Assembly (NCBI RefSeq): GCF_006345805.1
Contig: NC_042997.1
Span: 148,924,001-148,988,000, forward strand
Direction: 5' to 3'
Length of the DNA stretch: 64,000 nt
Origin: Octopus sinensis
Taxonomy: Eukaryota
The position numbers and the translations under genes are program-made. How positions within the stretch are numbered: the first letter of the stretch is position 1; each line of letters starts with the position of its first letter. Positions 1 to 12,860 of the stretch are shown here, piece by piece. The notes under the pieces were generated by a model, which worked only from the letters and a program-made list of their open reading frames with translations, was not told the DNA's origin and ran no database searches.

Positions 1-33
1 GTTTCAGAGTTGAATGTTGAAGCACCTCATATA

Positions 34-119
34 TACAAGGGGTGTACGAAAAGTTTTCAGCCTCAAAAACAAAAAAATAACATGGTACAAACTTCAAGGC
101 TCAAAACGCCTCTCGTGTA
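34..119. mobile_element. Possible tiny mariner-type MITE remnant
   Basis: tacaaggggtgtacgaaaagttttcagcc at 34-62 is partly mirrored by ggctcaaaac..gcctctcgtgta at 98-119. TA context; the right arm carries a deletion. Confidence 0.3.
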
Positions 120-121
120 TA

Positions 122-155
122 TATATAAATATTTGTGTGTGTGTGTGTATGTGCG

Positions 156-222
<67 letters not shown>
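122..222. repeat. (TA)n microsatellite with a short (TG)n tract
   Basis: Direct reading. Confidence 0.9.
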
Positions 223-225
<3 letters not shown>

Positions 226-1349
226 TCCTTAAAACCACCTGTCTAGCATAACTGACATGAATGTGGAAAGTAAATATTTTTCATCACATTTAAATCTCTA
301 TATTTCAAAGAACTGACAAAATCAGGAATCCCAATATTTAGCATCTTATACAGAGTCTCTGAAAGGTTCAATAAAATCTAAAATATTCATTGTTTCACTA
401 AAAGTTTGACATGAAACTCAGGGTTTTTCAAGTGAGAAAATGGTGTTTTTATTTTGCAATTTTGTATCTCAGATAAGATGATTTTCATAGTATCTTAAGT
501 TATCTAGACAAATAAGAAGACATAATATTTCTCTGCGTCGGTCTAAGTATGTGACCCAGTGTCTCCAATATGCGATAAATTAAACATTATCAATTTCACC
601 TTCATCTTGAGAAAGCGAATAACATGGGTTTAGAGTTTCTATGTGTCAGGTGTAAAAGCATGAGCCTAAAATTGTCATAATTTTTCACTCATAGCACAAA
701 GAAAATAAAAGTTAAAAGGGAAGTGAATATGAATTGAAGTTTCTGCAAGTCACAGTAACGTTCTCTTGCACAAATATGTGTTGCCAGTTCTTTGCAATCA
801 CAATGATGTTACTCTCTGCAATTTAGAAATTATCTTTTGAATTTCTGAACGAAATGATAGATTCAAATCACCGCATTGATTCTGTTGAAAGGGTTTGCAG
901 TCTCATGAGAATTTCTCTTTAGAAATCTCACTTTTAGAAATACTTTTTTATTTTTAAACTTCCCTTCGCTGGGGTGAACTTAGCCTTTTCTTTCTTCTTG
1001 AATCGATGAAATTAATAGCTATTGAAGTACTTCAGTAAATGGGCGTGATTTGTGATTATTGCATTCGGATATTCGCTCACACTCAGCAATACATCACTGT
1101 TATCTGAGCTGTTGCAACCAAAACCTCAGAATACCAGAATTTCTTCTACTCTGTGCCTACTTAATTTCACCAACAATTTCCTTTGTTTCAGGCGAGTCTC
1201 CTTGTTAAAGTGCATTTTTTTTATTTGCCACTCTTACATTTCGAGTCACCTCAGACACTTCATATGCTGTTGTTATTATTGTTGTTGTTGATACTGCTGT
1301 TGAATAGTTTGTAAACAACAAATAAGATCTGCTACAGTAATCATGTAGA

Positions 1350-2250
1350 TTTGCTAACAACGCTCTTGAGAATGCTCTTACATTCCGAACAGGAATAGTC
1401 AACGATAGAGAACGAACGCTACTCAGTATGGTATTACAAGGTCAGTTCCACCTCTAAAACTAATAACTTAAAAACCGGGAAGTACTATGGATGTGGCTCG
1501 GCAAGATCAATCTAAAAAAGATGACTGAAAGTCTAATTATCACTGACCAGGACCAGGAATTGAATACCAACTCTGGGAAAATGTATATATACCACACAAC
1601 TGCAACGAACCACTGCAGAATGTATGGCAAGAAGATTGAATGTAAGATTCACATTTTTAATGTTTGTGAAAGCCTTGCGCAGAAAGAATACAAGCGCATA
1701 CACGACTATGTATCTCCAAACTTTACTGACTTCTATGCCGGAAGTATGGATACGAGTAACGAGTGCTTGGTATCAACATAGCCCGGGGAAGTAATTGACA
1801 AAAAGGAGAAGTCTTTCATTTCCAGAGAGACAAAGAGTTAGAACACCGAAGACAGGTTGTCTATTAGCCTTTAGGAGGACCAACCAGAATGCCTAATAAG
1901 CAACGTGGCAATGTCAGGAGACCAACATATTATCACAAAACAAAGAGAAAAGGTCGACAAATATGGGGATTTCAAATCTGTGATCACCACGATATGGAAG
2001 CTGCGAGAGTCAAACATAAAACTGATCCTGTTGTCATAGGTTCACTGGGTTGAGTACTACCAAAGCTGAACAAATATATGCACACTATCGAAATAACCTA
2101 CAATCTTGGTATATTGCAGAAATCATATTTACTTGAACCTGCACGCATAAAGCGTAAAGTACCGTTTGCCTGCGTTCCTTATTGTGACTTGACAGGCAAT
2201 AAAAATTCCCGGTACACTCAATATCTTCAATCTACAACATCATATGAGTG
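1350..2250 (+). mobile_element. Degenerate 3' fragment of an R4/Dong-clade non-LTR retrotransposon
   Basis: Broken frames give VLQGQFH, WMWLGKINLKKMTESLIITDQDQELNTN, CESLAQKEYKRIHD, KYGDFK..IWKL, VVIGSLG, LQKSYLL..ARIKRKV. These are colinear with the C-terminus of the 26502-28409 ORF. Confidence 0.8.
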
Positions 2251-2315
2251 TTCAGTATATTTGCCGAACAATCAGCACAGCTGATTTGTTTATAATGATC
2301 AAATGTATGTGCTAT

Positions 2316-2506
2316 ATGTTACCTCACTCTCTCCAGCAAATCGACGGTCCCTGAACAGGTGCACGGAGTACCACACCTCATGTGTCGCAGTGATCGCAGT
2401 GCAAGGTGAGACAAAGTGTTTTGCTCAAGAACACAACGCACCACCCGGGCTACGATTTTACGAACGTGAGTGCAACACCCTAATTGACTAGGCCATGCGT
2501 CCTCAC
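2316..2506 (-). mobile_element. tRNA-derived CORE-type SINE (family C here; octopus OK/OR-like, not assigned)
   Basis: Minus strand starts gtgaggacgcatggcctagt (A-box-like) and contains gcgttgtgttcttgagcaaaacacttt (CORE-like). The segment ttgctcaagaacacaac is shared with the 59355-59655 copy. Confidence 0.65.
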
Positions 2507-2531
2507 GATAATAATAATAATAATAATAATA

Positions 2532-2590
<59 letters not shown>

Positions 2591-2640
2591 TAATAATAAT
2601 GGTAATAATAATGATGATAATAATAATAAAAATAATGATA
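2507..2640. repeat. (TAA)n microsatellite
   Basis: Direct reading; abuts the 5' break of the downstream LINE. Confidence 0.95.
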
Positions 2641-4758
2641 ATTGAGAGGGATCCATGAAAGGTTGCACAACAGCTAGATGAGTGCTTGCAGGAAGGCGCA
2701 GTACCCAGCTGGATAATAAAGAGAAAGACTTTGTTATGTGACAAGGATTCTGAATCTTGAAATGTTAAATCCAACTTTTAGTCTAATAAAATGTCTTCCG
2801 GTAATATCAAAACTTATGTCACGTGCTTTGAGAAGTGAACTGTACTGGAGAAAAGTGGGCAGCTACACACAGAACAGAAAGGGGTCTGAAAAGGTGCCGG
2901 AGAACGAAGCGTCAGCTCTTAATTGATGATCTAATCTTCTGAAACTGCAAGAGAAGACATAGAAATCTGAGCTTGGGAAAGCATACGATATGATACCACA
3001 CTCCTGGATAATAAGAACAATGGAAATGTATTAAGTAGTAGAGAATATGAGAAGCTTTGTATGGAATCGCATGATATACGGGAGAACGGAATTGACAGCA
3101 GGGAAGCAAGTACTAGGAAAGGTGTAAATCAAGAGAGTAATCTTCAAGGGAGACAGTGTCCCTCCACTGCTATTCGTGCTGGGAATGAGTGAAATACTAC
3201 AGAAAACAAAGTCGGTGTATTATCTGGGAAGATATAAGGGAAAACTACAAACACTAGCTGTTAAAGGGTCACGTGAAGCTATTCACAAAAACTAAGGCAG
3301 AACTGGACAGCCTAGTCTAGTCTGTGGGGATTTTATCCACTGATATCAAGATGGAGTTTGGACACTCAAAATATGCAACGATAGTGATGAGACGAGGGAA
3401 GCTTGCTATAACAGAAGGTATATGGTTGCCCGGTGGTGTAACTGATGAAAGTAATTCAACCTCAATACCGCTATAAATACATGGGAACACTTGAGGCAGA
3501 TAGAATGAAACACCACGACGTTAAGAGAGTAACTGCGGTGAAAAATATTGGTTTCAACGCTGGGATGCCAGAAACATAATTTCGGCCATAAACTCGCGTG
3601 CAGCCGTAGTAGTTTGGTATGGCGCTGAAGTGGACAGAGGAAGAGCTAAATTAAATGAACAGGAAAACAAGAAAGCTCTTAATGATGCATGGAGCCCATC
3701 ATTCACGTGCAGACATATACATAAAGAGAGAAAACAGATGAAGGGGACTGGTAAGTGTGGAAGACTTCGTGTGAATCGAACTCGAGAGCTTAATGAAATA
3801 CCTAGCCCAAAGTAAGGAAGCCTTGTTAGTGATAGCTAGGAACGAGGGTGCATTGGAAGCGGAGATAAAGGAAAAACAAAGGAAGAGGTGCAAAAAGAAA
3901 ATGAAGAAGAATTATGCAATCCATTCCGGGCTGCCAGAACAGAAGTTGCTGGAAAAAATAGTTGGGATTGGTTGGTCAACGGAACCTTAAAACAGAAACC
4001 GAGAGCACTATACAGGCCACGCAGGACCAATCTCTGGCCTCGAACTGGAAGATCAAACTGAGGAATGCTCAAGTAACTCCACTGTGCCGCATCTGCAATA
4101 AAATGGATGAAACCATTGCTCCTATCAAGAACGAATGCCCAAGACTTTCCCAAAACCACTACAAGCAGTGGCGACACGACTAGGTAGCGAAAGTGTTACG
4201 TTGAAAACTGTGCGAAAAATGGGAACTAGATAGAGGCAAGACGTGTTATGAACACAAGCATAAGAGATTGGCAGAGTCGGAGACTAGCAAATTCCTCTGG
4301 GATTTCCCAGTCCAAACAGATTAGGTGCTAGCGCATAACAGACCGAATCAAGTGGTGGTGGACAAGGTGCACCACATATGCTATATAGTTGACGTTGCAT
4401 CTTCCATTGATACGCGAATAGTGGAAAAGGATGACGAAAGGGTAAATAGAGAGATACAACCCTCTTAAGTGTGAAATAGCTCAGCTACGGAAAATGAAGA
4501 TGAAGATAGTGCCAGTTATTGTTAGGTCCTTGGGAACAGTAACAGAAGGCATTAATAGGAATATAAAGAGAATTGGAATAGCGTGCTTAATAGAACTGTT
4601 ACAAAAGTGTTGGCCCCATGGCAAATAATCCGGAAAGTATTAGATAGCTGAAAAGAGCGAATAGCATGGTACCGTAGGCTGCAGGTCGGAAGCCCGCTAC
4701 GCATGCAAAACTCCAGGGGCTCTAACAAAACCTGTGATAAAGAGATGATAATAATAAT
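2641..4758 (+). mobile_element. 5'-truncated, degenerate R4/Dong-clade LINE (RT + CCHC + REL endonuclease)
   Basis: Frameshifted motifs: PIKCLPVISKL, QLLIDDLI..NCKRRHRNLS..KAYDMIPHSWII, IFKGDSVPPLLFVL, ETESTIQATQDQSLASN..CRICNKMDETIAPIKNECPRLSQNHYKQWRHD, LWDFPVQTD, IVPVIVRSLG, IIRKVLDS*. A 3' UTR follows and ends in gataataataat. Confidence 0.9.
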
Positions 4759-4969
4759 CGTTTCTACTATAGGCACAAAGCCTGATATTTGGAGGAGAGG
4801 GATAGTCGATTACATCAACCCCAGCATTCAACTGGTGCTCATTTTATCGTCCTTGAAAGGATGACAGTCAATGTTACATCAATGCAACTTGAACTCAAAA
4901 CTTACTGTCTAATGGGATGCCGCTAAGCGTTACACCTGGCGTGCTAACGATTCTACCAACTTGCCACAT
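4759..4969 (-). mobile_element. tRNA-derived SINE, family A (octopus OR-type)
   Basis: Plus strand tttctactataggcacaaagcctga...gtcgattacatcaaccccag...gaaaggatga...ttgaactca...gtgctaacgattctaccaac. The minus strand has A-box and B-box (gagttcaa) motifs. Many homologues occur in this window. Confidence 0.85.
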
Positions 4970-4989
4970 TAATAATAATAATAATAATA

Positions 4990-5029
<40 letters not shown>

Positions 5030-5785
5030 TGCCCTGATGCAGTACCAAGCAGTGGCACTCGTGGCTTCTGATCTTAACTGATTGGAAGTATTATGTACAT
5101 TGTTTTGTCTTGGTATAAAAGATGGGCTACAGCAAACATTCTGCTCAGTACCACACATTTGCTTGTCAGTTGTCTGACCATAACCAGTTGAGCATGTGCC
5201 TTAGTGGCTGACGATATGTGCATCTCTGATCTCTCACTCATAATAATAATAACAAATGCCACAAGGAAGTGTAACTCGTGGCTTCTGAACTTAACTGATT
5301 GGAAGTGTTACCATGTACATTGCTTCGCTTTGGTATAAAAGATGGGCTACAGCAAATATTCAGATATGATTGTCAATTACTTGAGCTTAACCAGTTGAGT
5401 ATCTCTCTTAGTGGATGATGATATAAGCACCTCTGATCAGAAGCAGAAGTAGAGGGGGAGCATCATTGCCATATTTTCAGAGGAGTTATTTGGGGTTTGG
5501 ATAATTCACCTTCGGAAACGCGGGTGTTTTGTTCAACATCCTTAAACAACCCTTATTCAGAGACCTTTAAAACAGGATGGGCTACTCGACCTGAAGAAAA
5601 CTCTAACTCGGCCGCACCTGCAAGTTCATGAGCTGTTTATCATATTATATCAGTATGCCACGTACATGTGGTTGTGCTGCATGTGCCTGGTGTACTCTTA
5701 TGAGAGGGATAGTCATGATGTGTATACTGGGCTTTTTATATTTTACCCCAGTGTCACTTTAATGGCATGCACTGCTCTCTCACTC
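5030..5785. mobile_element. Unclassified non-coding interspersed repeat: internally deleted copy (5030-5240) plus longer copy (5257-5785), set in (TAA)n
   Basis: ~190-nt direct repeat (ctcgtggcttctgatcttaactgattggaag...ggtataaaagatgggctacagcaaa...aaccagttgag...ttagtgg.tga.gatat). Both copies end ctctcactca followed by (taa)n. Confidence 0.7.
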
Positions 5786-5820
<35 letters not shown>

Positions 5821-6075
5821 GAAGAAGAGAAGAGAAGAAGAAGAAGAAGAAGAAGAAGAAGGAGGAGGAGAAGAAGAAGAAGAAGAAGAAGAAGAAGAAG
5901 AGAGGAGGAAAAAGAAGAACGAGAATAAGGAGAAAAGGAGGAAGAAGGAGGAGGAGAAGAAGAAGAAGAATAAAAAGAAGAAGAAGAAGAAGAAGAAGAA
6001 GAAGAAGAAGAAGAAGAAGAAGAAGAAAAGAAGAAGAAGAAGAAGAAGAAGAAGAAGAAGAAGAAGAAGAAGATG
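5786..6075. repeat. Compound (TAA)n-(GAA/GGA)n microsatellite
   Basis: Direct reading; source of the spurious poly-N/E/K/R ORFs. Confidence 0.95.
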
Positions 6076-6497
6076 AAGGAGAAAAACAGCGGCAACGGCA
6101 ACAACAACGACAGCAATATCACACTGATATTCGATGAGTAGGAAGTCTAGGAATATTTGCATCGGTGGACCAGTTTTAGATATATTGTCTTATCGCTTGT
6201 AACTAACAAAATTGAAACAAAACAACTTGTCTATAAAAACAAAAATACGGCAAAATATATGAAAGCTATGAAAATGCCATGCTAAATTATAACCGAAAAA
6301 TGACAGAAAATATATTTCTATCACCGTATTTGTGCTATGCAATGATAATTTAGTTGGATGAATGTTGCAGCCTATAATCGATGCCCAAAGAATATTTCGA
6401 TAATATATAATCTTTTCGAAACACTTAATTATTAAAGAACGATAAGCGAGTCATCCTTCGTAAGAATTCTTATTAAAATTTTTAACTAATAAATCAT

Positions 6498-6630
6498 TAT
6501 GCTGTAGGTACAGTGCCTGAAATTTTGGGGAAGGTTTAGTCTATTACATCGACTGCATTACATAAGTGCTTATTTCATTGACCCCGAAATGGTTAAAGAC
6601 AAAATCAACCTCGGCAGAATTAGTTGGAAA
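6498..6630 (-). mobile_element. SINE family A fragment
   Basis: taggtacagtgcctgaaattttgggg...attacatcgac...attgaccccgaaatgg...aacctcggcagaatt. Confidence 0.75.
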
Positions 6631-8344
6631 TAGAATACGCTGATATTCTAAATTTAATTATTTCTAAATTAATGCAAGCAAAAGTTAATTCCGTGCCATA
6701 TTTTTGGGAATTAAGTGTCATGAAGTTCACAATTATTATTGAAATATGTAATTACTACAGAAACTGTTGTATTATGAGCTACTGTATTGAATGAGTTTAA
6801 AAGTAACTGATGTAGAATCTATTCTCCTACATTGTATACCTAAGATATGTTAATGATTTGTTTGTCCTTATCGCAAGATGTGTAATCTGTGTCTCCTACG
6901 AAAAATTACAGTTTTCCACACATTGCAATTTACTTGTAGCTACTGAAGTATCGAACAACACAATCTGGCACGAACGGAAGAGAATAGCTTTAAAGACATA
7001 TTAAACTCTTGTCTAACGATACACACACACACAAACGCTCTTTAAAGAAGTATGAAAAGTAGATTATATGTCATGTTGACAATAATTATATTTATCCACG
7101 TGATGCAGGTTACCATGTTCTTAATCAATCTTTTCTTTATTAATCGGAGATGTATAATAGAAAACGGCCCTTTATCTAGAGTGATATCTAGCCAAAATCA
7201 TCAGTATTTCACTAGCTAACACAGAGTGGTAGTTCAATATCCTTCGTCGTCAGCTAGTGTGCAGAAATCTGTAAAATGCACTTTAGCTTGTTGTTCATAA
7301 CGATAACATGCGCCAGCAAAGCTTACACTACAATGGAAAAGTGGTATTGTTGGAAGAGATTCTCTACTGACACTCATTCATTACTGCCAAATACTTGATG
7401 ATCATTAAAGGCGCTATTATTAACCTGTTCAAGATCATAGCTATAGATGTTCTTCTGATATGTTGATCGCTTTTGCTTGATATCGGGGCCTATAGCTGGG
7501 AGGGGGAGTATGATTACGTAAGTATGTGAGTCCACTAGAAATATACTTAAATAATACTTAAAATCGTGAAGAAGAAGAATCTATATAGCCAAAAAAATAC
7601 AACCCGATTAATACTGCATTGAAATGATTAGGCATCGTATGAACCTAAAAGTAATAAAAAAAGAATCAGTATATATAACGAGGAGTCGTTTAACAAAGAC
7701 AATTACCGAGCTAACCGCTAAATATTTTAATGCAGTATGCACAAAACACTCTGTTCATTATGTCTAGATGTAAGCATAACTTTACAAAACGTAGGAAATA
7801 TATTTGGCTCTTGAAACACAAAATAAAGCCAACTGTATGGTAAATATGTCTATAACACATCAGTAAGAACTGAATAATTTATTGGGTAGCAATTTAAATT
7901 AAATGCCCCTTTATAGAAAAAGTGTATATGAGCCTATATGGTTATAGTAGAAACGATGTTTCTCCGTATGATTCATTTATCACGTGTAATCAATGTTTAT
8001 TAGAAAATCAACATTAAATGTCCTATAACTTCTAAAGGATTAACATCCCCATAACGGCATTCCTTTTTGTGTACTTACACTCTGAGAGAGGTGATGCCCT
8101 AAAAAGTACAGCTTAACAAGGACAACATTGCTTCGAGAAAGTCCATTTCATTTGCTTTCTAAAATAAAAATTATGTATTGTGCATTATTGATTTAATTGA
8201 CAGTTTCCTTCATCGAAATATCAGATTGTCTATGTTAAAAATGACTCTTATTGCGGGACTTCATTGTGTGTATGTGTAATAAGAGCCGTAACATTACCAT
8301 AACAAGAGCAAACCAATATAAATATGTATTTATAATTATTTGTT

Positions 8345-8830
8345 ACCATGCGCAAAAGGCCTGAAATTTTGGTGAAGGGTATTCAAAAGGTACTTATTTT
8401 ATTGACCCCGAAAAGATGACAGTCAGAGTCGACCTCAGCGGAATTTGAAATTAGACCATAAAAATCCTGAAGATATGCCACCAATTTTAATCATAAGCAT
8501 GTTCTTAATTCAGAATTCGAGGTGTGTAATAAAACAACACTTTACTTCATCGACCTCGAAACGATGAGATATTTAAATTCTAAGCATAAAGAAAGTGAAG
8601 AGACCATGCTAATCATTTTGCCCGCCACACGAACAATTCTGCCAGCCAGAATCGTTTTAATTAAGATTTCAAATTTTCGCATGTCAGCAATTTTACGGGA
8701 AGAGAACACCCGATTACATTAACCCTAAGTGCTCAGCTACAACTTATTTTATCTATATCGGGGTGAAAAGTCAGCTTCGGTGGACTATGAAGTCACAAAA
8801 TAAAGAGCCTGAAGAAATGTTCTAACATTT
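8345..8830 (-). mobile_element. Cluster of SINE family A fragments
   Basis: ggcctgaaattttgg...ttattttattgaccccgaaaagatga...gtcgacctcagcggaatttgaa (8345-8460). Further eroded pieces at 8540-8650 and 8725-8830. Confidence 0.7.
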
Positions 8831-10599
8831 CTGCCATCTCACCGAAAGAAGTCCATGTAAGAATCGATTATTGGTTTGCAATTAATGTGATAATATTTTA
8901 CTTTATTTTCGTATTGCATTTGTAGCACATGCCATAAAAGTTCACATGAATTCAAAAGACTAAGTTTCAAATATATCTACACACTAAAAATAATTTCATC
9001 GTAATAATGCATTTACTAAACGTTCTGGCTTAAACGATGAAAAAGAACGTTATTCTTTTTTCTCTGTAAAATTCCTTTCAAGTTTAGTTCTTTGGCAAAT
9101 TTTAAGTCATTTAAGATTTTTAGATTGCGGGGGGTTATCGATGCCGATGTCACCCTGCTGCTCAAATACTCTCAATTAAATAGTTGGTACTTTAATATTT
9201 GCCAATGAAGATGGTATACATAGCTACAGGAGAAACACTTGACGTTTTATCTCTTGCGCCTTTTTTCCTTCATATCTTTTACATATTCCTCATATAGATT
9301 TCTACATGTTGTAGCATAGAAATCAACACATTTGCTAGTTAACGGAACTCGGACGCTCCATCTCATATACACACACATGCACATACACACAAACATACAC
9401 ACAAACACACACACGCACACACCCCACTCGCAGGCACATGCAGGCACATACATACACACATTCAAATACATATATTCACACATATATATATATGAATGTA
9501 TTTATGTGTTAACATCTGAATGTGTGAGTACACAGCAATAATTCTTTTGGTGCCAGTGATTGTATGATCGGAAAATGTTGTTGTACCATATGTGACATCA
9601 AGAAGGATTGATTTGATAACCATAATTTTAAGGCATACACACTTGTAGCAATTCCTACAAATAAATGGACATACACACACAAACACACACACATACACAT
9701 ACATGCACACAAATACACACATATACTCACATATATGCATATATATGTCATTCTGAATATATGTATATATATATATATATATATGCATGCATGTGCGATA
9801 TCTGTATATATATGATTGTATGTATATGCATGCATATGTATATATAATCATGCAGAAGATCAAATACCCGATGGTAAAAGTTCAGAAAACAAGAAATTTC
9901 TATTGATGTCCAAATCAATTTGCAATAAGTCACGATTTTGCGAAATACATATGTAAGCTACCATCCTTAGCTAAGTTATCTTGTGCAGGCGAAAATCAAT
10001 AAAGAATTTCAGTGTCAGATGGTGACAAATATTTCGCTTTGATAAACGTCATTCGCATGTCGCATAAAGTTTAAAGGTTATAAGTAAATTGCAAATCTGT
10101 TTTATAGTATCCTGTTTTTGACATGCGCACAACCCACGCAAACGTCAATTGTATATCAATGTACCTCTCGATCATTCAAGAAATCTGCAGCATGAGCTTT
10201 CGAATATAATATCGTTATAAGAATGTTGCTCCCCTTCAGTTTGAACTATTAGCCTGAGCACATCGGAGCAAGTTTTAAATACACTCCGTTCATATAAAAC
10301 AAATCCGTGGATTATAAACACGCAACAGAAGGCACCTGTCGGCCTGAGGTCGGCAAATTTTCTTGAGTAATGAGCCATAAGAGACATGGCTCATCATCAG
10401 TCCGGCCTCAGCTACTAAAGGCAAAATTCAAGTAAATGTCCGTCAGGAATGCAAGTAACGAAATCCCGCGTGCCATACGCCACACCTGCTAGAAATTCCT
10501 GCCGCATACCTCCCTAAATCAAAACCTAATTTTTTGTATATATAAAACTATATTAGGTAATATAATTTTAGTAATCCAAAAAGGCTACCCTTCATTATC

Positions 10600-11095
10600 A
10601 ATGTTGATTGCCTCGTATGCTTCACTAACCTCCCTTGCCTCATTTGCCTCGCTTGTCTCGATCGCCTTTTATTGATCTAGTGATGGCCAAATAATACAAG
10701 TGTTCAGGCTCAGAAATATTGGTGACATGAATCCAAGAATACTATTTTCTTTCGTCTTCCTGATTCTGAAAGGCGTTCCCTTCTTTCTTCTCAACCTGTA
10801 TATGTCCATGGGAAATATAAACCCATAATCATGTTATCCTATTCCGATTCCTTAGATTTCATTCACGAATAGCTACAGAAATTCAATTCTGCTTGCAAAG
10901 AATTTTGAAGAAGCTTATCTTTTCTAGTTTGGAAAGTCTTACATCATAACCGTTCACTTGGGAAAATGTAATATTTGGGAAGCTGATTATCAATTGGACT
11001 ATCAGTTGGACATGGATGTGTTTTTTTAATGACAGATACATTAGTCTTGGTAATTTTGTTTTCTCGGGGATGGTTGCCAAATTTCCTCAACTGCC
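10600..11095 (-). pseudogene. Possible degenerate piggyBac-like transposase remnant
   Basis: Minus-strand mosaic across frames: IDNQLPKYYIFPSERL, LNFCSYS*MKSK, DYGFIFPMDIY, ENSILGFMSPIF, HLYYLAITRSIK. The order resembles the piggyBac Y.P...LSVDE / FxQY..K / GYI..DIYTG / HLY.DN.Y.S blocks. Recognition is by eye only. Confidence 0.4.
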
Positions 11096-12217
11096 ATCGG
11101 TGGTAGGGAGTTTGCCTGCTAAATTAAAGTTGACGTAAATCCCCTACCCTTGGAAAAGTAATCGATGGAAAAAAAAATTGAAAATAGGCTTACCTGCGTC
11201 GTATTTCAAATAGTATTATGCAGCATGAACATTAAGCTTCATATTAAACATGACTTTAAAAAATATAATATATAGAAAAATAATTTAGCAATGGCTTTCT
11301 CTCCTTAGCCACAAAAATATATTCGAAACCAGCTGCTAAATAAAATCTCTGAATTTAAAAAGTAGATGAAGGGTTTTCCATCAAAGCATATAAATGTACA
11401 ATTAGAAAAGGTATGTATATATAATTACTCTAACATATTTCACTTGAATTAATTGACCCGGCTACCTATTCTATGGGGTTCTTTTGCCGAACGTTACGTG
11501 AACTCAAGAACACTAACACCGCTTGTCAAGCGGTGCTGGGAAGCAATGAAAAGTCAAGGAAACACACACACACACATACACACACAGAGGCCAAACACAC
11601 ACACACACACACATATGTGCGCCTGCGCAAACAAACAACTCTCCGAATATACACCAGCTATCTTGCCTCACTAATGGAATAAACGTACGTATCACACCAA
11701 CTTCATCCTGCCACACACAGTAGCAAAATGTACACATTATAAGACTATAAAGTAGTATGTAACCTGATGAGGTTACTTCTGCACTATGGGGTGTATTCGT
11801 TTCCATTGTATCGTCCCCATCCACTAGGGAACAATGCAGATGTAAGTCGAAGCGTCTTTCCTATCAATCATTTAATATATACTAAACGTGCACCGAGGTA
11901 TTCCTTATGTAGATTCGACAGATCTATAACAATTCGCCGTAAAGCATTTTGCCGTATACAATTAGCACTAGCACTATTCACCGTAAGACAATTTACCGTA
12001 CGGATATTTCGCTAGCAGAACATCTTGTAGTAAAGCATAATAAGAGAAAGATTAAAAAAATTTATAATGAAGGTCATGCACTTTATGTAAAAATAATGGT
12101 TCTAAAATTTTATTAACAGTTATCTAAGGACATCCCCAAAAGATTTGGATACCACATTTAAAAGTCTCCAATTTGAACTTTAATATTAAATATAACCTAT
12201 ATATACATACATACATA

Positions 12218-12249
<32 letters not shown>

Positions 12250-12250
12250 A

Positions 12251-12287
<37 letters not shown>

Positions 12288-12302
12288 CATATGTATATAC
12301 AC

Positions 12303-12455
12303 ATACGACGTGCATCTTTCAGTTTCCACTCATACGGCTCTGTCGATCTAAGCTATAGCAGAAAACACTTTCCCAAGGTGCCATGCAGTGGTACCTTGGG
12401 AGAATGTCTTGGGCAATGGTACAATTGGGAAACAATGCATGTATGTAAACAGCCA
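12303..12455 (-). mobile_element. SINE family B (CORE-type) remnant
   Basis: atacgacg.gc.tctttcagtttcc...gctatagcagaaaacactttcccaaggtgccatgcagtgg is the reverse complement of the 48564-48970 copy. Confidence 0.75.
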
Positions 12456-12629
12456 AACATTTTATTAGAGGTTTTGTAGAATTGCGTGCATTCCTTTTAT
12501 GTGGGAAAGCGATATCAATTACATTGAATTTCCAACGACATAGACATAATTTCTAGGCAGCTGCAACCTAGTTATTTGCGTATACGTATCGCTATTTCTC
12601 TCTATTTAACTATCTATTAGCTATCAATC

Positions 12630-12860
<231 letters not shown>

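Noticed and set aside
720-1260. Coding-like minus-strand stretch (..RFWLQQL..SRPFTEVLQ..) suggestive of a transposase C-terminus
   Set aside because: Many stops and frameshifts, and no motif I can name with confidence.
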